From positions 4,708 through 68,707 of the forward strand of contig JAPLOF010000028.1 of assembly GCA_026692665.1 (NCBI GenBank): a DNA stretch of 64,000 nucleotides. Reading direction: 5' to 3'. The position numbers and the translations under genes were made by a program. Every line of letters starts with the position of its first letter. Within the stretch, counting starts at the first letter, position 1. The stretch is from Planctomycetota bacterium. GTDB lineage: Bacteria > Planctomycetota > UBA1135 > GCA-002686595. This document shows, one piece after another, positions 1-12,422 of this stretch. The notes under the pieces are model-generated. The model was given only the letters and a program-made list of their open reading frames with translations, did no database searches and was not told the DNA's origin.

Positions 1-2985
<2,985 letters not shown>

Positions 2986-3005
2986 GCGTATCCTCCGCAA
3001 GGCTC

Positions 3006-3710
3006 ATGGCAGGTCCCGAAGAACACGACGCGCAGAGCGGATCCGTTCCGGAGACGGGTACGTTCCAGCTGCCCGAGGGCTTCGAGAACGACGAGACGGC
3101 ACAGCTCGTCGCGCGCGCGAAGGCCGGGGACGCGGATGCGCTCAACGCGCTGTTCCAGCGCTACCACCGCATGATGGTCGAGGTCGCGCGGCGCAAGATC
3201 GGTCCGAAACTGAGGCTCAAGGAAGACCCGGACGACCTCGCGCAGACGACGTTTCGCGAAGCCGCGCGCGACTTCCCGAACTACGAGTACCGCGGCGAGG
3301 CGTCGCTCGTGCGCTGGTTCCTCCAGATCCTGCAGAACAAGATCCGCGACAAGGCCGAGTTCTACTCCGCCGGCAAGCGCGACTTCGGCCGCGAGCGGTC
3401 GATGGACGCGCCGGTCTCGACGGGGGAGGACGAGCCCCGCACTTCCGAGCCGGCGAGCGCCGACCTGTCCGTCACGATGCAGGTGACGCGCGACGAGAGC
3501 ATGAGCGTCCTGCGCTCGGCTCTGGAGGAGCTCTCGCCCGAGCACCGCCAGGCGATCACCCTCGTCTTCTTCGAGGGGAAGCAGCTGCGGGAGGCGGGGG
3601 AGATCATGGGCAGCCGCACCGAGGACGCCGTGCGGATGCTCTTGCGACGGGCGGAGCAGCGGCTGGCGGAGATCCTGAAGCGCACGCTGGGCAAGGACCT
3701 GCGGCCCTGA
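3006..3710 (+). CDS. ECF-type RNA polymerase sigma-70 factor
   Basis: ATG 3006. It has sigma region 2 (DPDDLAQTTFREAARDF..LVRWFLQILQNKIRD) and a region 4 HTH (LSPEHRQAITLVFFEGKQLREAGEIMGSRTEDAVRMLLRRAEQRL) joined by a long acidic linker. No anti-sigma ORF is adjacent. Confidence 0.85.
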   Translation: MAGPEEHDAQSGSVPETGTFQLPEGFENDETAQLVARAKAGDADALNALFQRYHRMMVEVARRKIGPKLRLKEDPDDLAQTTFREAARDFPNYEYRGEASLVRWFLQILQNKIRDKAEFYSAGKRDFGRERSMDAPVSTGEDEPRTSEPASADLSVTMQVTRDESMSVLRSALEELSPEHRQAITLVFFEGKQLREAGEIMGSRTEDAVRMLLRRAEQRLAEILKRTLGKDLRP

Positions 3711-3864
3711 GGGGCCGCGCGGGCCTCGACCTCCGGCCGATCCGCCCCCGCAGCGCGTTTCCGTGGTGGCCCCCGGCCCCTGAATTCCGCGCGGCGCGGC
3801 TCGCAGCGGAGGAGATCGGCGCTTGCCACCGGCCGAACCTCGCCCTATCCTCTGCGCCCCCGTC

Positions 3865-3940
3865 GGGCTAGTAACTCAATCGGCAGAGTGCCATGTTCAC
3901 AGCGTGGAAGTTACAGGTTCGATTCCTGTCTAGCCCACCA
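3865..3940 (+). tRNA. tRNA-Val (anticodon CAC)
   Basis: Hand-folded 76-nt cloverleaf: acceptor GGGCTAG/CTAGCCC, D stem ACTC/GAGT, and anticodon stem CCATG/CGTGG with loop TTCACAG. The T arm is ACAGG-TTCGATT-CCTGT, followed by discriminator A and an encoded CCA. Confidence 0.9.
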
Positions 3941-4002
3941 CTCTCCTCCGCTCGCACCGCGCTCGACGCCGAGCTTCCGCGAGCGGTCACCACGAGGCGC
4001 GC

Positions 4003-4500
4003 GTGACGAATCCGAGTCCGGTCGAGCGCGATCCGCGCGAGCGTTCCGTGCAAGAGCGGTTCGCGCCGAGCAGCATCTGCTTCGGCTGCGGACCCGCGAA
4101 CGCGAAGGGTCTCCGCATCCGCAGTTTCCTCGACGGCGAGCGCCTCGTCGCGACGTGGACGCCCGAGAGCCACCACGAGGCGTTTCCCGGGATGCTGAAC
4201 GGCGGGATCTGCGGTGCGCTGCTCGACTGTCACAGCAATTGGATGGCGGCCGTGCACCTCATGCTCAAGTCGGGTGCGGCCGCGCCTCCGTGCACCGTGA
4301 CGGCCGACTTCCACGTGAAGCTGAAGCGGCCGACACCCACGAACGGGCCGGTGACGCTGCGGGCCTGGGTCGTCGAATCGGCCGAGGATCGCGCCGTGAT
4401 CGAGGCCGAGCTCGAAGCCGGCGGCAAGATCACCGCGACGTGCCGCGGCACGTTCGTGGCCGTGCGCGAAGGGCATCCCGCCTACCACCGCTGGGGCTGA
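4003..4500 (+). CDS. PaaI-family (hotdog fold) thioesterase
   Basis: GTG start at 4003. The 165-aa product has an N-terminal CFGCGPANAKGLRIR motif and a hotdog core (GMLNGGICGALLDCHS...VTADFHVKLKRP), as in PaaI/YbgC-like thioesterases. Confidence 0.7.
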   Translation: MTNPSPVERDPRERSVQERFAPSSICFGCGPANAKGLRIRSFLDGERLVATWTPESHHEAFPGMLNGGICGALLDCHSNWMAAVHLMLKSGAAAPPCTVTADFHVKLKRPTPTNGPVTLRAWVVESAEDRAVIEAELEAGGKITATCRGTFVAVREGHPAYHRWG

Positions 4501-4530
4501 TCCACGGGTCCGCGCGCCGCGTCGCGCGCG

Positions 4531-5550
4531 TCAGGGGAAGAGCTCGAGTTGCGCGGCGGATCCCGCGTCCGGCGGTCGGTCGATCTTCGACTCGGTGTCC
4601 GCCAGGCCGACGCGGCGGCGCTGGATCTCGAAGAGGCGCATCAGCGCGTCCCAGCGCGGACCGCGTCCGTGCATGCGGTGGCCGAAGCGCGCGTCCTTCA
4701 ACCCGCCGCCGCGCATCTCGCGCAGGGCTCCCTCGACCTTGTTCCAGTGGTCGGGGAAAGCCGCGCGGAAACGCTCCTCGAAGACGGGCGCGACCTCGGC
4801 CGGCAGGCGGAGCAGCGTCGTGAACGCGCTCGAGGCGCCGTTCTCCTTCGCGCGCACGAGCAGCGCCGGGATGTCGCTCTCGCGGAACCCGGGGATCAGC
4901 GGCGCCAGCGAGATGCCGACCGGCACGCCGGCGTCGGCGAGGAGACGCATCGTCTCGAAGCGCCGGGAGGGCGTGGGCGCGCCCGGCTCGAGCGCGCGCG
5001 CCACCGGTTCGTCGAGGAAGGGGATCGAGAACGTCACGTGGGCGCCCGGGCCCGAGGCGAGGCGCGCGAGCAGATCGACGTCGCGCCGGATGAGCGTGCT
5101 CTTCGTGATGATGGCGACCGGGGTGCGCCGCGCGAGGCAGATCTCGAGGCAGCGGCGCGTGAGCGCGTAGCTGGCCTCGAGCGGCTGGTAGCAGTCGGTG
5201 ACGCCCGAGAAGACGACGGTCTCGCGACGCCAGGAGCGGCGGGCGAGTTCGACGGAGAGGACTTCGGGCGCGTTCGTCTTGACCACGATGCGCCGCTCGA
5301 AATCCGTGCCCGCGCCGAACCCGAGGAGCTGGTGCCCGGGGCGCGCGAAACAGTAGGCGCAGGCGTGCCAGCAGCCGCGGTAGGGGTTCACGCTCCAGCG
5401 GAAGCCGACGTCGGGGCTGTCGTTGGTCGAGAGGACCGATTCGGCCTCTTCCTCGTACACCTCGAGCCGCGCGACGGGCGGTTCCTCGAGCCACTCGACG
5501 TGCGTCGAGCTCCAGGGATTCGGCGGGTTCGAGAGGAGCCGCGGCGGCAT
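4531..5550 (-). CDS. radical SAM protein (PA0069/SplB-like family)
   Basis: ATG at 5550 (MPPRLLSNPPNPW..), 339 aa. It has the CxxxCxxC cluster motif CWHACAYC. The rest of the 1276-aa track ORF upstream is antisense to the DUF1800/DUF1501 genes and unsupported. Confidence 0.8.
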   Translation of the reverse strand: MPPRLLSNPPNPWSSTHVEWLEEPPVARLEVYEEEAESVLSTNDSPDVGFRWSVNPYRGCWHACAYCFARPGHQLLGFGAGTDFERRIVVKTNAPEVLSVELARRSWRRETVVFSGVTDCYQPLEASYALTRRCLEICLARRTPVAIITKSTLIRRDVDLLARLASGPGAHVTFSIPFLDEPVARALEPGAPTPSRRFETMRLLADAGVPVGISLAPLIPGFRESDIPALLVRAKENGASSAFTTLLRLPAEVAPVFEERFRAAFPDHWNKVEGALREMRGGGLKDARFGHRMHGRGPRWDALMRLFEIQRRRVGLADTESKIDRPPDAGSAAQLELFP

Positions 5551-5673
5551 GACCGTGATCCTAGTCTGGGGCGCGGGGGCCACGAATCTCACCCGAGTTG
5601 GGTCTTGCGGCGTTCCGGCGGCGCGGTTCGAATCCGCACGTTCCGTCGCCGCCTGTTCGCCCCCCCCCCGGCC

Positions 5674-7056
5674 ATGACCGCAGTTGCACCGCCCCGCCTG
5701 CCCCTCGGCGGGATCGACCGTCTCCTCGCACGGATTTCGTACGGCTACGACCCGTGGCTGCGCGACCGCGCGCATTCCCTGGGCTGGACGGCGTTCCTCG
5801 AGGAGCAGCTCCACCCCGAGTCGTTCCCCGATCCGCGCGGGGACGCCGTCGTGGCGCGTTTCCCGACCCTGTCGATGACGCCGCGCCAGATCTGGGATGC
5901 GTACGGGGTCAACGGCCAGCACCAGGTCCCGATGGTGGAGCTGCAGACAGCGACGCTGCTGCGCGCAGCGCTGTCCCGCCGGCAGCTGCACGAGCGCATG
6001 GTCGAGTTCTGGGGCGACCACTTCAGCATCGACCAGAGCGATTCGCAGGCCTCGATCCTGAAGACGCAGGACGATCACGACGTCTGCCGCGCGCAGTCGC
6101 TCTCCAGCTTCCCGCTGATCCTGCGGGCGTCCGCGCGCAGCGCGGCGATGCTGTTCAGCCTCGGCAACTACCGCAGCATGGCGTCGTCGCCGAACGAGAA
6201 CTACGGCCGCGAGATCCTCGAGCTGCACTCGCTCGGAGTGGGCAACTACACCGAGCACGACGTGCGCGAGGCCGCGCGCTGCCTGACCGGCTGGGGTTTC
6301 CTCCAGTTCGGTGATCCGAACGCGGGCACCTTCCGCTTCGAGCCCAGCCTGCACGACAACGGGCCGAAGGACCTCCTCGGTCTCGCGATCCCCGCGGGCG
6401 GCGGCATCCTCGACGGCTACAAGCTGGTGCGCCTCGCCGCGCTCCATCCGGCCACGGCGCAGCGCATGTCGCGCAAGCTGTGTCGCTGGTTCCTGGGCGC
6501 GGAGCCGCAACCGGTCGTCGATGCCGCGAGCGCGGAGTGGGCCGCCACGGAGGGCGACCTGCGTTCCGTCCTGCGCATCGTCCTGGCGCCGAGTTCCTTC
6601 GCGTCGGTCCCGGAAGGCGTCCAGAAGACGAAGCGCCCGTTCCACCTGGCGGCGGGAATCCTGCGCGCACTGCCCTTCCAGTTCCCGAATCCGACCCAGC
6701 TGGCGGGGGAACTCGCCGCGATGGGGCATCGGCCGTTCCACTGGCCGGCTCCCGACGGATACCCGGACGCGGCTTCGGCCTGGGTCGGCGGCCTGCAAGG
6801 CCGCTGGTCCTTCGCTTCGCGCCTCTTCGCGAACCAGGTGTCCGGAGTCCGCATCGACGTGGCTGCCGTTTTCGGGACAGCGCCGAAGTCCAGCTGGGCG
6901 CGGCGTGCAGCGTACGCCCTGCGCGGTCCTGGGCCGCTCACGACCGACGTCGATGCCGTGCAGCAGTACGTGGACGGTTTCGCTTCGGCGAGCGATGCGT
7001 TGCGCGCCGAAACTCTGGCGCTCACGGCGTCGGCCCCGTCCTTCCAGGTGTACTGA
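5674..7056 (+). CDS. DUF1800 family protein
   Basis: ATG 5674 (MTAVAPPRLPLGG..). Typical DUF1800 stretches are present (MVEFWGDHFS, ENYGREILELHSLGVGNYTEHDVREAARCLTGWGF). It is followed by its usual DUF1501 partner. Confidence 0.8.
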   Translation: MTAVAPPRLPLGGIDRLLARISYGYDPWLRDRAHSLGWTAFLEEQLHPESFPDPRGDAVVARFPTLSMTPRQIWDAYGVNGQHQVPMVELQTATLLRAALSRRQLHERMVEFWGDHFSIDQSDSQASILKTQDDHDVCRAQSLSSFPLILRASARSAAMLFSLGNYRSMASSPNENYGREILELHSLGVGNYTEHDVREAARCLTGWGFLQFGDPNAGTFRFEPSLHDNGPKDLLGLAIPAGGGILDGYKLVRLAALHPATAQRMSRKLCRWFLGAEPQPVVDAASAEWAATEGDLRSVLRIVLAPSSFASVPEGVQKTKRPFHLAAGILRALPFQFPNPTQLAGELAAMGHRPFHWPAPDGYPDAASAWVGGLQGRWSFASRLFANQVSGVRIDVAAVFGTAPKSSWARRAAYALRGPGPLTTDVDAVQQYVDGFASASDALRAETLALTASAPSFQVY

Positions 7057-7083
7057 GCCGGCACGTTCACGGCCTGGAGCAAC

Positions 7084-8340
7084 ATGAACCCCATCGAGAC
7101 TCACCCGCCCATCGCCGCGAATCGACCCGATCGCCGCGCATTCCTGCTCGGCGGAGCGGCGGCGGCCACGGCCCTGACCCTGCCGCGCGTCACGTTCGCC
7201 GCGGCGACGAGCAGCGCGGTGGACTCGCTCGTGCTCGTCTTCCTCCGTGGAGGCATGGACGCGCTGTCGTTCTGTTCCCCCTATGCGGATCCGAACCTGC
7301 AGTCCGCTCGACCGGGCATCGCGATGCCCGGACCTGGACTCCCGAACGGAGTCCTCTACCTGGACAGCTTCTTCGGACTCCACCCGCAGGCGGCGCCGCT
7401 GATGGCCGCGTACCAGTCGGGACAACTCCTCATCGTGCACGCGTCGGGATCGCCGGCCTCCTCGCGCTCGCACTTCGAGGCGCAGAACCGCATGGAATCG
7501 GGCGCATCGAGCCAGCCCGGTTTGGGGCTTTCCACGGGCTGGGTCGCGCGTCACCTCGCGGTGCAGAGCGGCGCCGGCGTGCTGCGCGGCATGGGCACGA
7601 GCGACACCCTCACCCGCGCCCTGACGGGATCCACGGGAGTCCTCCCGATCCGTCAGCCCGGCCAGTTCCGCATGCCGGGCGCGACGGGAACCGCGTATGC
7701 CCGCCGCGTCGCCCTGGACGGCATGTACCAACAGGCCTCGGCCGAACTCGCCTCGGCGGGGCGCGACACCTTCGCGACGATCGACCTCCTCGGCAGCATC
7801 GACTTCCAGAACTACGCGCCCTCGGGTGGCGCGAGCTATCCGGCGACGCCCTTCGGTGCCCAGTTCCAGGACACGGCGGCCCTCCTGAAGGCGAACGTGG
7901 GCGTGCGCTGCGTCGAGATCGACCTGCACGGATGGGATCACCACACGAACCTGGGAGCGATCGGAGGCTCGTTCGCGGCCCTGACCTCGGAGCTCGCGCA
8001 GACCTTGGCCGCGTTCCGGACCGACATGGGCGGCGCGTTCGGCGGAGTCGACGTGGTCGTGATGACGGAGTTCGGGCGCCGCGTCGCCCCGAACGGGAAC
8101 CTGGGCCTCGACCACGGACGCGGCGGCTGCATGATCCTCATGGGCGGCGGTGTCGCCGGTGGGCGCGTGCTGACCCAGTGGCCGGGGCTCGCGCCCTCGC
8201 AGCTGCACGACGGCGATCTCGCGATCACCATCGACTATCGGGACGTGCTCGGGGAAATGCTCGTGCGTCGATTCGGCTGCACGAACCTGCCCGACGTGTT
8301 CCCGGGGTACACGCCCCAGTTCCGTGGCGTCGCGCTCTGA
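7084..8340 (+). CDS. DUF1501 family protein (sulfatase-like fold, Tat signal)
   Basis: It has a twin-arginine-like signal (PDRRAFLLGGAAAATALTLP). DUF1501-like motifs are present (FLRGGMDALS, DLHGWDHH, TEFGRR). Confidence 0.8.
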   Translation: MNPIETHPPIAANRPDRRAFLLGGAAAATALTLPRVTFAAATSSAVDSLVLVFLRGGMDALSFCSPYADPNLQSARPGIAMPGPGLPNGVLYLDSFFGLHPQAAPLMAAYQSGQLLIVHASGSPASSRSHFEAQNRMESGASSQPGLGLSTGWVARHLAVQSGAGVLRGMGTSDTLTRALTGSTGVLPIRQPGQFRMPGATGTAYARRVALDGMYQQASAELASAGRDTFATIDLLGSIDFQNYAPSGGASYPATPFGAQFQDTAALLKANVGVRCVEIDLHGWDHHTNLGAIGGSFAALTSELAQTLAAFRTDMGGAFGGVDVVVMTEFGRRVAPNGNLGLDHGRGGCMILMGGGVAGGRVLTQWPGLAPSQLHDGDLAITIDYRDVLGEMLVRRFGCTNLPDVFPGYTPQFRGVAL

Positions 8341-8445
8341 GGGCCGGACTTCCCGCTGCATCCGTGAAGGCGTCCGGGAGGTCCGCCCGGGCTCGCGCGG
8401 GCCTCTTTCGTGGCCATCGCACGCCGCCCGAGCAACGCGGCACGC

Positions 8446-10707
8446 TCAGTCGGCGGACGAGGCGCTCCGACCGCGTGGCTTCACGGCGAGATACGGATTG
8501 GGCCAGTGCACGTCGACGCCGGCTTCCGCCGCGCCGTGCAGCGTGAGGTAGGGGTCGGTGAGGTGCGGCCGCGCGAGCGCGCACAGGTCCGCGCGCCCGG
8601 CGGCGAGCACCGTGTTCACGTGGTCGATGCCCTGGATGCCGCCGACCGCCATGACGGGGATGCCGGCCTCGGCGCGGATCTGATCGGCGAACGGGACCTG
8701 GTACATGCGGCCGTACTCGACGCGCGACTCGGGCGTGTTGCCCGCCGACGAGACGTCGACGAGGTCGCAGCCGCGCGCCTTCAGCTCGCGCGCGAACGCG
8801 ACGGAGTCCTCGGCCGTCCAGCCACGCGGATCGAGCCAGTCGGAGGCCGAGATGCGCACGAAGAGCGGCTTCGACGCCGGCCACGCGGCGCGCGCGACTT
8901 CGAACACGCGGAGCGGCCAGCGCATGCGGTTCTCGCGCGATCCACCGTACTCGTCCGTACGCAGGTTGGAGAGCGGCGAAAGGAAGCTCGACAGCAAGTA
9001 GCCGTGCGCCATGTGCAACTCGAGCACGTCGAAGCCGGCGTCATGCGCCAGCTGTGTCGACCGCGCGAAAGCCGCCTCGATGCGGCTCATGTCCGCGCGG
9101 TCCATCGCCTTCGGCGCCGGCCAATCGCGCTTGAACGGATTCGCCGAGGGTCCGAGCGTCCTCCACGCGCGGTCGTCGCGCAGCGGATCGTCGCCCTGCC
9201 AGGGCAGGTTGCACGATGCCTTGCGGCCCGCGTGACCGATCTGGATGCCGATCTTCGCCCTGGTCGAGCGGTGCACGAACTCGACGATGCGCTTCCAGGC
9301 GTCGGCGTGCGCGTCGCTCCACAATCCCGTGCAGCCGAGCGTGATGCGCCCGTCCGAGGAGACGCCCGTCGCTTCCGCGAAGACGAGTCCAGCGCCGCCG
9401 ATCGCGCGGCCGCCCAGGTGGACGAGGTGCCAGTCGTTCGGGATCCCGTCGACCGCCGAGTACTGGCACATGGGCGAGACCACGACGCGGTTCTCGAGCT
9501 GCATGTCGCGGAATCGGATCGGCACGAACGCCGGCGGAGGCGTGTCGCCCTGCGTATCGGGCATCACCCCGTTGCGTGAAGCGAAATCGACCGCGGCGGC
9601 CTTCACCAGCGCGGGATCGCGGCGGGCCAGGTTCCCGTAGGTGATGCGCTTGCTGCGCGTCATCAGGTTGAACGTGAACTCGATCGGAGTCTGCCGCACG
9701 TGGCGCGCGGTGTTCTCGAACCACTCGAGGCTCGTCTGAGCCGCGCGTTGCAGTTTCAGCACGTCGAGGCGCCGTGCCTCCTCGTAGGCCCGGAGGGTCG
9801 CCGGCACGTCCGCCGCGCCGTGCTTCTTGAACGCGTCGACGAGCGCGATCGCGTCCTCCATGGCGAGCTTCGTCCCCGAGCCGATGGAAAAGTGCGCCGT
9901 GTGGACCGCGTCGCCGAGCAGCACGACGTTGCCGTGGCTCCAGCGCTCGCAACGAACCGTCGGGAACGTGCGCCAGATCGAGCGGTTCGACAGCAGACGA
10001 TGGCCGCCCAGGAACGGCGCGAAGATGCGCTCGCAGAACGCGACGGTCTCCGCTTCGCTGGCGTGCTCCAGGCCCGCGCGACGCCACGTGTCCTCGTGAC
10101 ACTCGACGATCCAGGTCGAGAGATCCGGCTGGAAGGGGTAGGCGTGGACCTGGAACACGCCCCACTCGGTCTCGAGGAAGACGAACGTGAACGCCTTCAG
10201 GGGCTTCGTGGTGCCGAGCCACGTGAACTTGGCCTTGCGCCAGTCGAGCGTGGGCTGGAACCAGTCCGCGTGCTTGCCACGGACCGCACTCTGGATGCCG
10301 TCGGCCGCGATCACCACGTCGCTCGGCGGCAGGGCGGATTCGTCGGGCAGGTCCTTCTGGAAGTTCAGCGCGACGCCGAGCCCGCGCGCACGCTGCTGGA
10401 AGATCTCGAGCAAACGCTTGCGCGACATCCCGCAGAACCCGTGGCCGGTCGAGCGGGTCCACGTGCCGCCGATCCACGTCTCGATGTCGGTCCAGTACGC
10501 GAACGCGCGCCGGATCTCGGCGTACGTCTCGGGATCCGCGGCCTCGAAGTGCCCCAGGGTCTCGTCCGAGAAGACGACGCCCCACCCGAACGTGTCGTCG
10601 GCCCGGTTGCGTTCCCAGACGCCGACCTCGGCGTCCGGGAAGGCCCTCTTCATCAGGATGGAGGTGTACAGGCCGGCCGGGCCGCCGCCGAGGATCGATG
10701 CGCGCAT
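8446..10707 (-). CDS. bifunctional FAD monooxygenase / Old-Yellow-Enzyme-type flavin oxidoreductase (salicylyl-CoA 5-hydroxylase-like)
   Basis: 753 aa. The N-terminal half is an FAD hydroxylase (ILGGGPAGLY..., GDAVHTAHFSIGSGTKLAMEDA). The C-terminal half is an OYE-type domain (SPMCQYSA..DG..NDWHLVHLGGRAIGGAGLVFAEAT, HMAHGYLLSSFLSP). Confidence 0.75.
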   Translation of the reverse strand: MRASILGGGPAGLYTSILMKRAFPDAEVGVWERNRADDTFGWGVVFSDETLGHFEAADPETYAEIRRAFAYWTDIETWIGGTWTRSTGHGFCGMSRKRLLEIFQQRARGLGVALNFQKDLPDESALPPSDVVIAADGIQSAVRGKHADWFQPTLDWRKAKFTWLGTTKPLKAFTFVFLETEWGVFQVHAYPFQPDLSTWIVECHEDTWRRAGLEHASEAETVAFCERIFAPFLGGHRLLSNRSIWRTFPTVRCERWSHGNVVLLGDAVHTAHFSIGSGTKLAMEDAIALVDAFKKHGAADVPATLRAYEEARRLDVLKLQRAAQTSLEWFENTARHVRQTPIEFTFNLMTRSKRITYGNLARRDPALVKAAAVDFASRNGVMPDTQGDTPPPAFVPIRFRDMQLENRVVVSPMCQYSAVDGIPNDWHLVHLGGRAIGGAGLVFAEATGVSSDGRITLGCTGLWSDAHADAWKRIVEFVHRSTRAKIGIQIGHAGRKASCNLPWQGDDPLRDDRAWRTLGPSANPFKRDWPAPKAMDRADMSRIEAAFARSTQLAHDAGFDVLELHMAHGYLLSSFLSPLSNLRTDEYGGSRENRMRWPLRVFEVARAAWPASKPLFVRISASDWLDPRGWTAEDSVAFARELKARGCDLVDVSSAGNTPESRVEYGRMYQVPFADQIRAEAGIPVMAVGGIQGIDHVNTVLAAGRADLCALARPHLTDPYLTLHGAAEAGVDVHWPNPYLAVKPRGRSASSAD

Positions 10708-10742
10708 GGGATCATCGTAGAGACAGTGGAACTCGGATCGAA

Positions 10743-11573
10743 ATGCGCGCGCTACACTCCGTCGGATTCGTGGAACCTCTCGCGGACCATCCCCAAGACT
10801 GGATCGAAGCGCTCGCCGCCCTGCGCAACCGCCGCGAGGCGTGCGCGCTCGTCGTCGTGACCCAGGTCAAGGGCAGCGGACCGCGCGATCCGGGGGCACG
10901 CATGGTCGTCAGCGGCGGTCGACTCGCCTTCGGGACGATCGGGGGCGGGAACCTCGAGAAGCTGGCGATCGAGCACGCCAGCGAACTCCTGCGCCGCCGC
11001 ACCCCCGTCTCGGAGACCGTCGCGTATCCGCTGAGCGAGGCCGCCGGCCAGTGCTGCGGCGGCGAGGTGACCGTCTTCTACGAGACGTTTCCGTGGACGC
11101 GGCGGCGCATCGCGATCTTCGGCGCCGGCCACGTGGCGCAGGCGCTGGGGGGCCTCGCACCCTGGCTCTCGGCCGACGTCGTGCTGATCGATCCGCGCGA
11201 GGAGCGCGAGATCCAGCCGGCCCTTCCGGCCCGGCGGCCGTACGAGCTGATGCTCGTCGACGCACCCGAGGCGGAGGTCGACGGCCTGCCCGACGACGCG
11301 CTGCTCCTCGTGATGACGCACAGCCACGCGCTCGACCTGGAGATCCTCGCGCGCGCCGTGCTGCGCGACTTCCCGTACGTCGGGCTGATCGGCTCCGCAC
11401 GCAAGTGGGCGCGGTTCCAGAAACGCCTCGCGCAACGCGGCATCTCCGACGAGCGCATCGCCCGCGTGCGCTGCCCGATCGGTCTCTCGAAGCGCTCGAA
11501 GGAGCCGTCCGCCATCGCGCTGTCGGTCGCCGCGGAGCTCGCGGACGTCATGGCGGCCGAGCCCGCGCACTGA
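10743..11573 (+). CDS. XdhC-family molybdoenzyme maturation/accessory protein
   Basis: ATG 10743. It has an XdhC/CoxI N-domain (ALVVVTQVKGSGPRDPGARMVV) and a Rossmann-like C-domain (IAIFGAGHVAQAL..., VMTHSHALDLEIL). The start is uncertain: the track start at 10698 overlaps the divergent gene. Confidence 0.75.
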   Translation: MRALHSVGFVEPLADHPQDWIEALAALRNRREACALVVVTQVKGSGPRDPGARMVVSGGRLAFGTIGGGNLEKLAIEHASELLRRRTPVSETVAYPLSEAAGQCCGGEVTVFYETFPWTRRRIAIFGAGHVAQALGGLAPWLSADVVLIDPREEREIQPALPARRPYELMLVDAPEAEVDGLPDDALLLVMTHSHALDLEILARAVLRDFPYVGLIGSARKWARFQKRLAQRGISDERIARVRCPIGLSKRSKEPSAIALSVAAELADVMAAEPAH

Positions 11574-11582
11574 CGCCGCTCG

Positions 11583-12422
11583 TCAGCCCGAGGCTCGTTT
11601 CTCGATGGCTACGCGCAGTTCGGCCAGCGCCTTCTCCGCGGCCACGAGCCGCGATTCGACGTCCGTGCCCACCCGCGCTCCCAGCTCGGCGTCCTCCGCC
11701 GCGCGCCGGGACTTCTCCAGATTGTTGAGCACGACCGCGATGAACAGGTTGATGACCACGAAAACCGCGATGACGATGTAGCTCGCGAAGAAGATCCAGG
11801 CCGCTCGCGTGGCGCCTCGGGCTTCGGCCGCCATCTCGACCCAGCCTTCCAACGTCAGGATCTGGAACAGGGACGCGCAGGCGCGGCCGAGCGTGCCCCA
11901 GTGCGCCGGGTCCGCCTCGGCGAAGAGGTGCCATCCGAGCACGCCGTAGACGTAGACGAGGAGGCCCTGCAAGAGGACGACATTCCCCATGGAGGGGATC
12001 GAGCGCAGCATCGTGTCGACGATCAGTCGCAAGTCGGGCAGCGCCGAGATGAGGCGCGCGATGCGCAGGACCCGGGCCACGCGCGCGATCGTCGCGAGCG
12101 GTCCGGCGGCCGGCAGCAGCGACAACGCGACGACGGCGAAGTCGAAGACGTTCCAGCCGTCGCGGAAGAACCGTCCCGGGCGAGGCAGGCAGGCGGCGAT
12201 GCGGATCGCGATCTCGAGGACGAACACGGCCTGGAACGCGGCGTGCAGTCCGCGGAGGACGGATTCGTTCCCGCTGGTGAAGCCCGGATAGGTCTCGATC
12301 CCCATCAGGGCCGCGTTGACCAGGATCAGGCTGATCGTCGCCCGGCCGAAGAAAGGGTGGTTCGCGCAGGTGTTCGCCGCGGTCGCGATGCGCGTCCAGC
12401 GCGCGGGTTCGGACTTGCTCAC
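11583..12422 (-). CDS. voltage-gated ion channel, bacterial NaV/CaV (BacNaV) family
   Basis: 279 aa with a 6-TM layout. The S4 segment has Arg every third residue (RVARVLRIARLISALPDLR). The pore filter is FQILTLEGWVEM, encoded at 11841-11855, and there is a C-terminal coiled coil. The GTG start overlaps the stop of the upstream gene (GTGA). Confidence 0.85.
   Translation of the reverse strand: MSKSEPARWTRIATAANTCANHPFFGRATISLILVNAALMGIETYPGFTSGNESVLRGLHAAFQAVFVLEIAIRIAACLPRPGRFFRDGWNVFDFAVVALSLLPAAGPLATIARVARVLRIARLISALPDLRLIVDTMLRSIPSMGNVVLLQGLLVYVYGVLGWHLFAEADPAHWGTLGRACASLFQILTLEGWVEMAAEARGATRAAWIFFASYIVIAVFVVINLFIAVVLNNLEKSRRAAEDAELGARVGTDVESRLVAAEKALAELRVAIEKRASG

Noticed and set aside
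3711-4002. Genomic island or integrase at the tRNA-Val locus
   Set aside because: There is no integrase, no direct repeat of the tRNA 3' end, and no compositional shift. The flanking genes are ordinary (ECF sigma, thioesterase).
5551-8361. Upstream 936 codons of the 1276-aa minus-strand ORF
   Set aside because: Only the 3' 1020 nt (4531-5550) encode a recognisable radical SAM protein with its own ATG. The remainder is antisense to the well-supported DUF1800 and DUF1501 genes.
11570-11586. Hairpin CTGACG-CCGCT-CGTCAG spanning the convergent stop codons of the XdhC-like and channel genes
   Set aside because: The stem is only 6 bp and there is no T tract, which is too weak to call a terminator.
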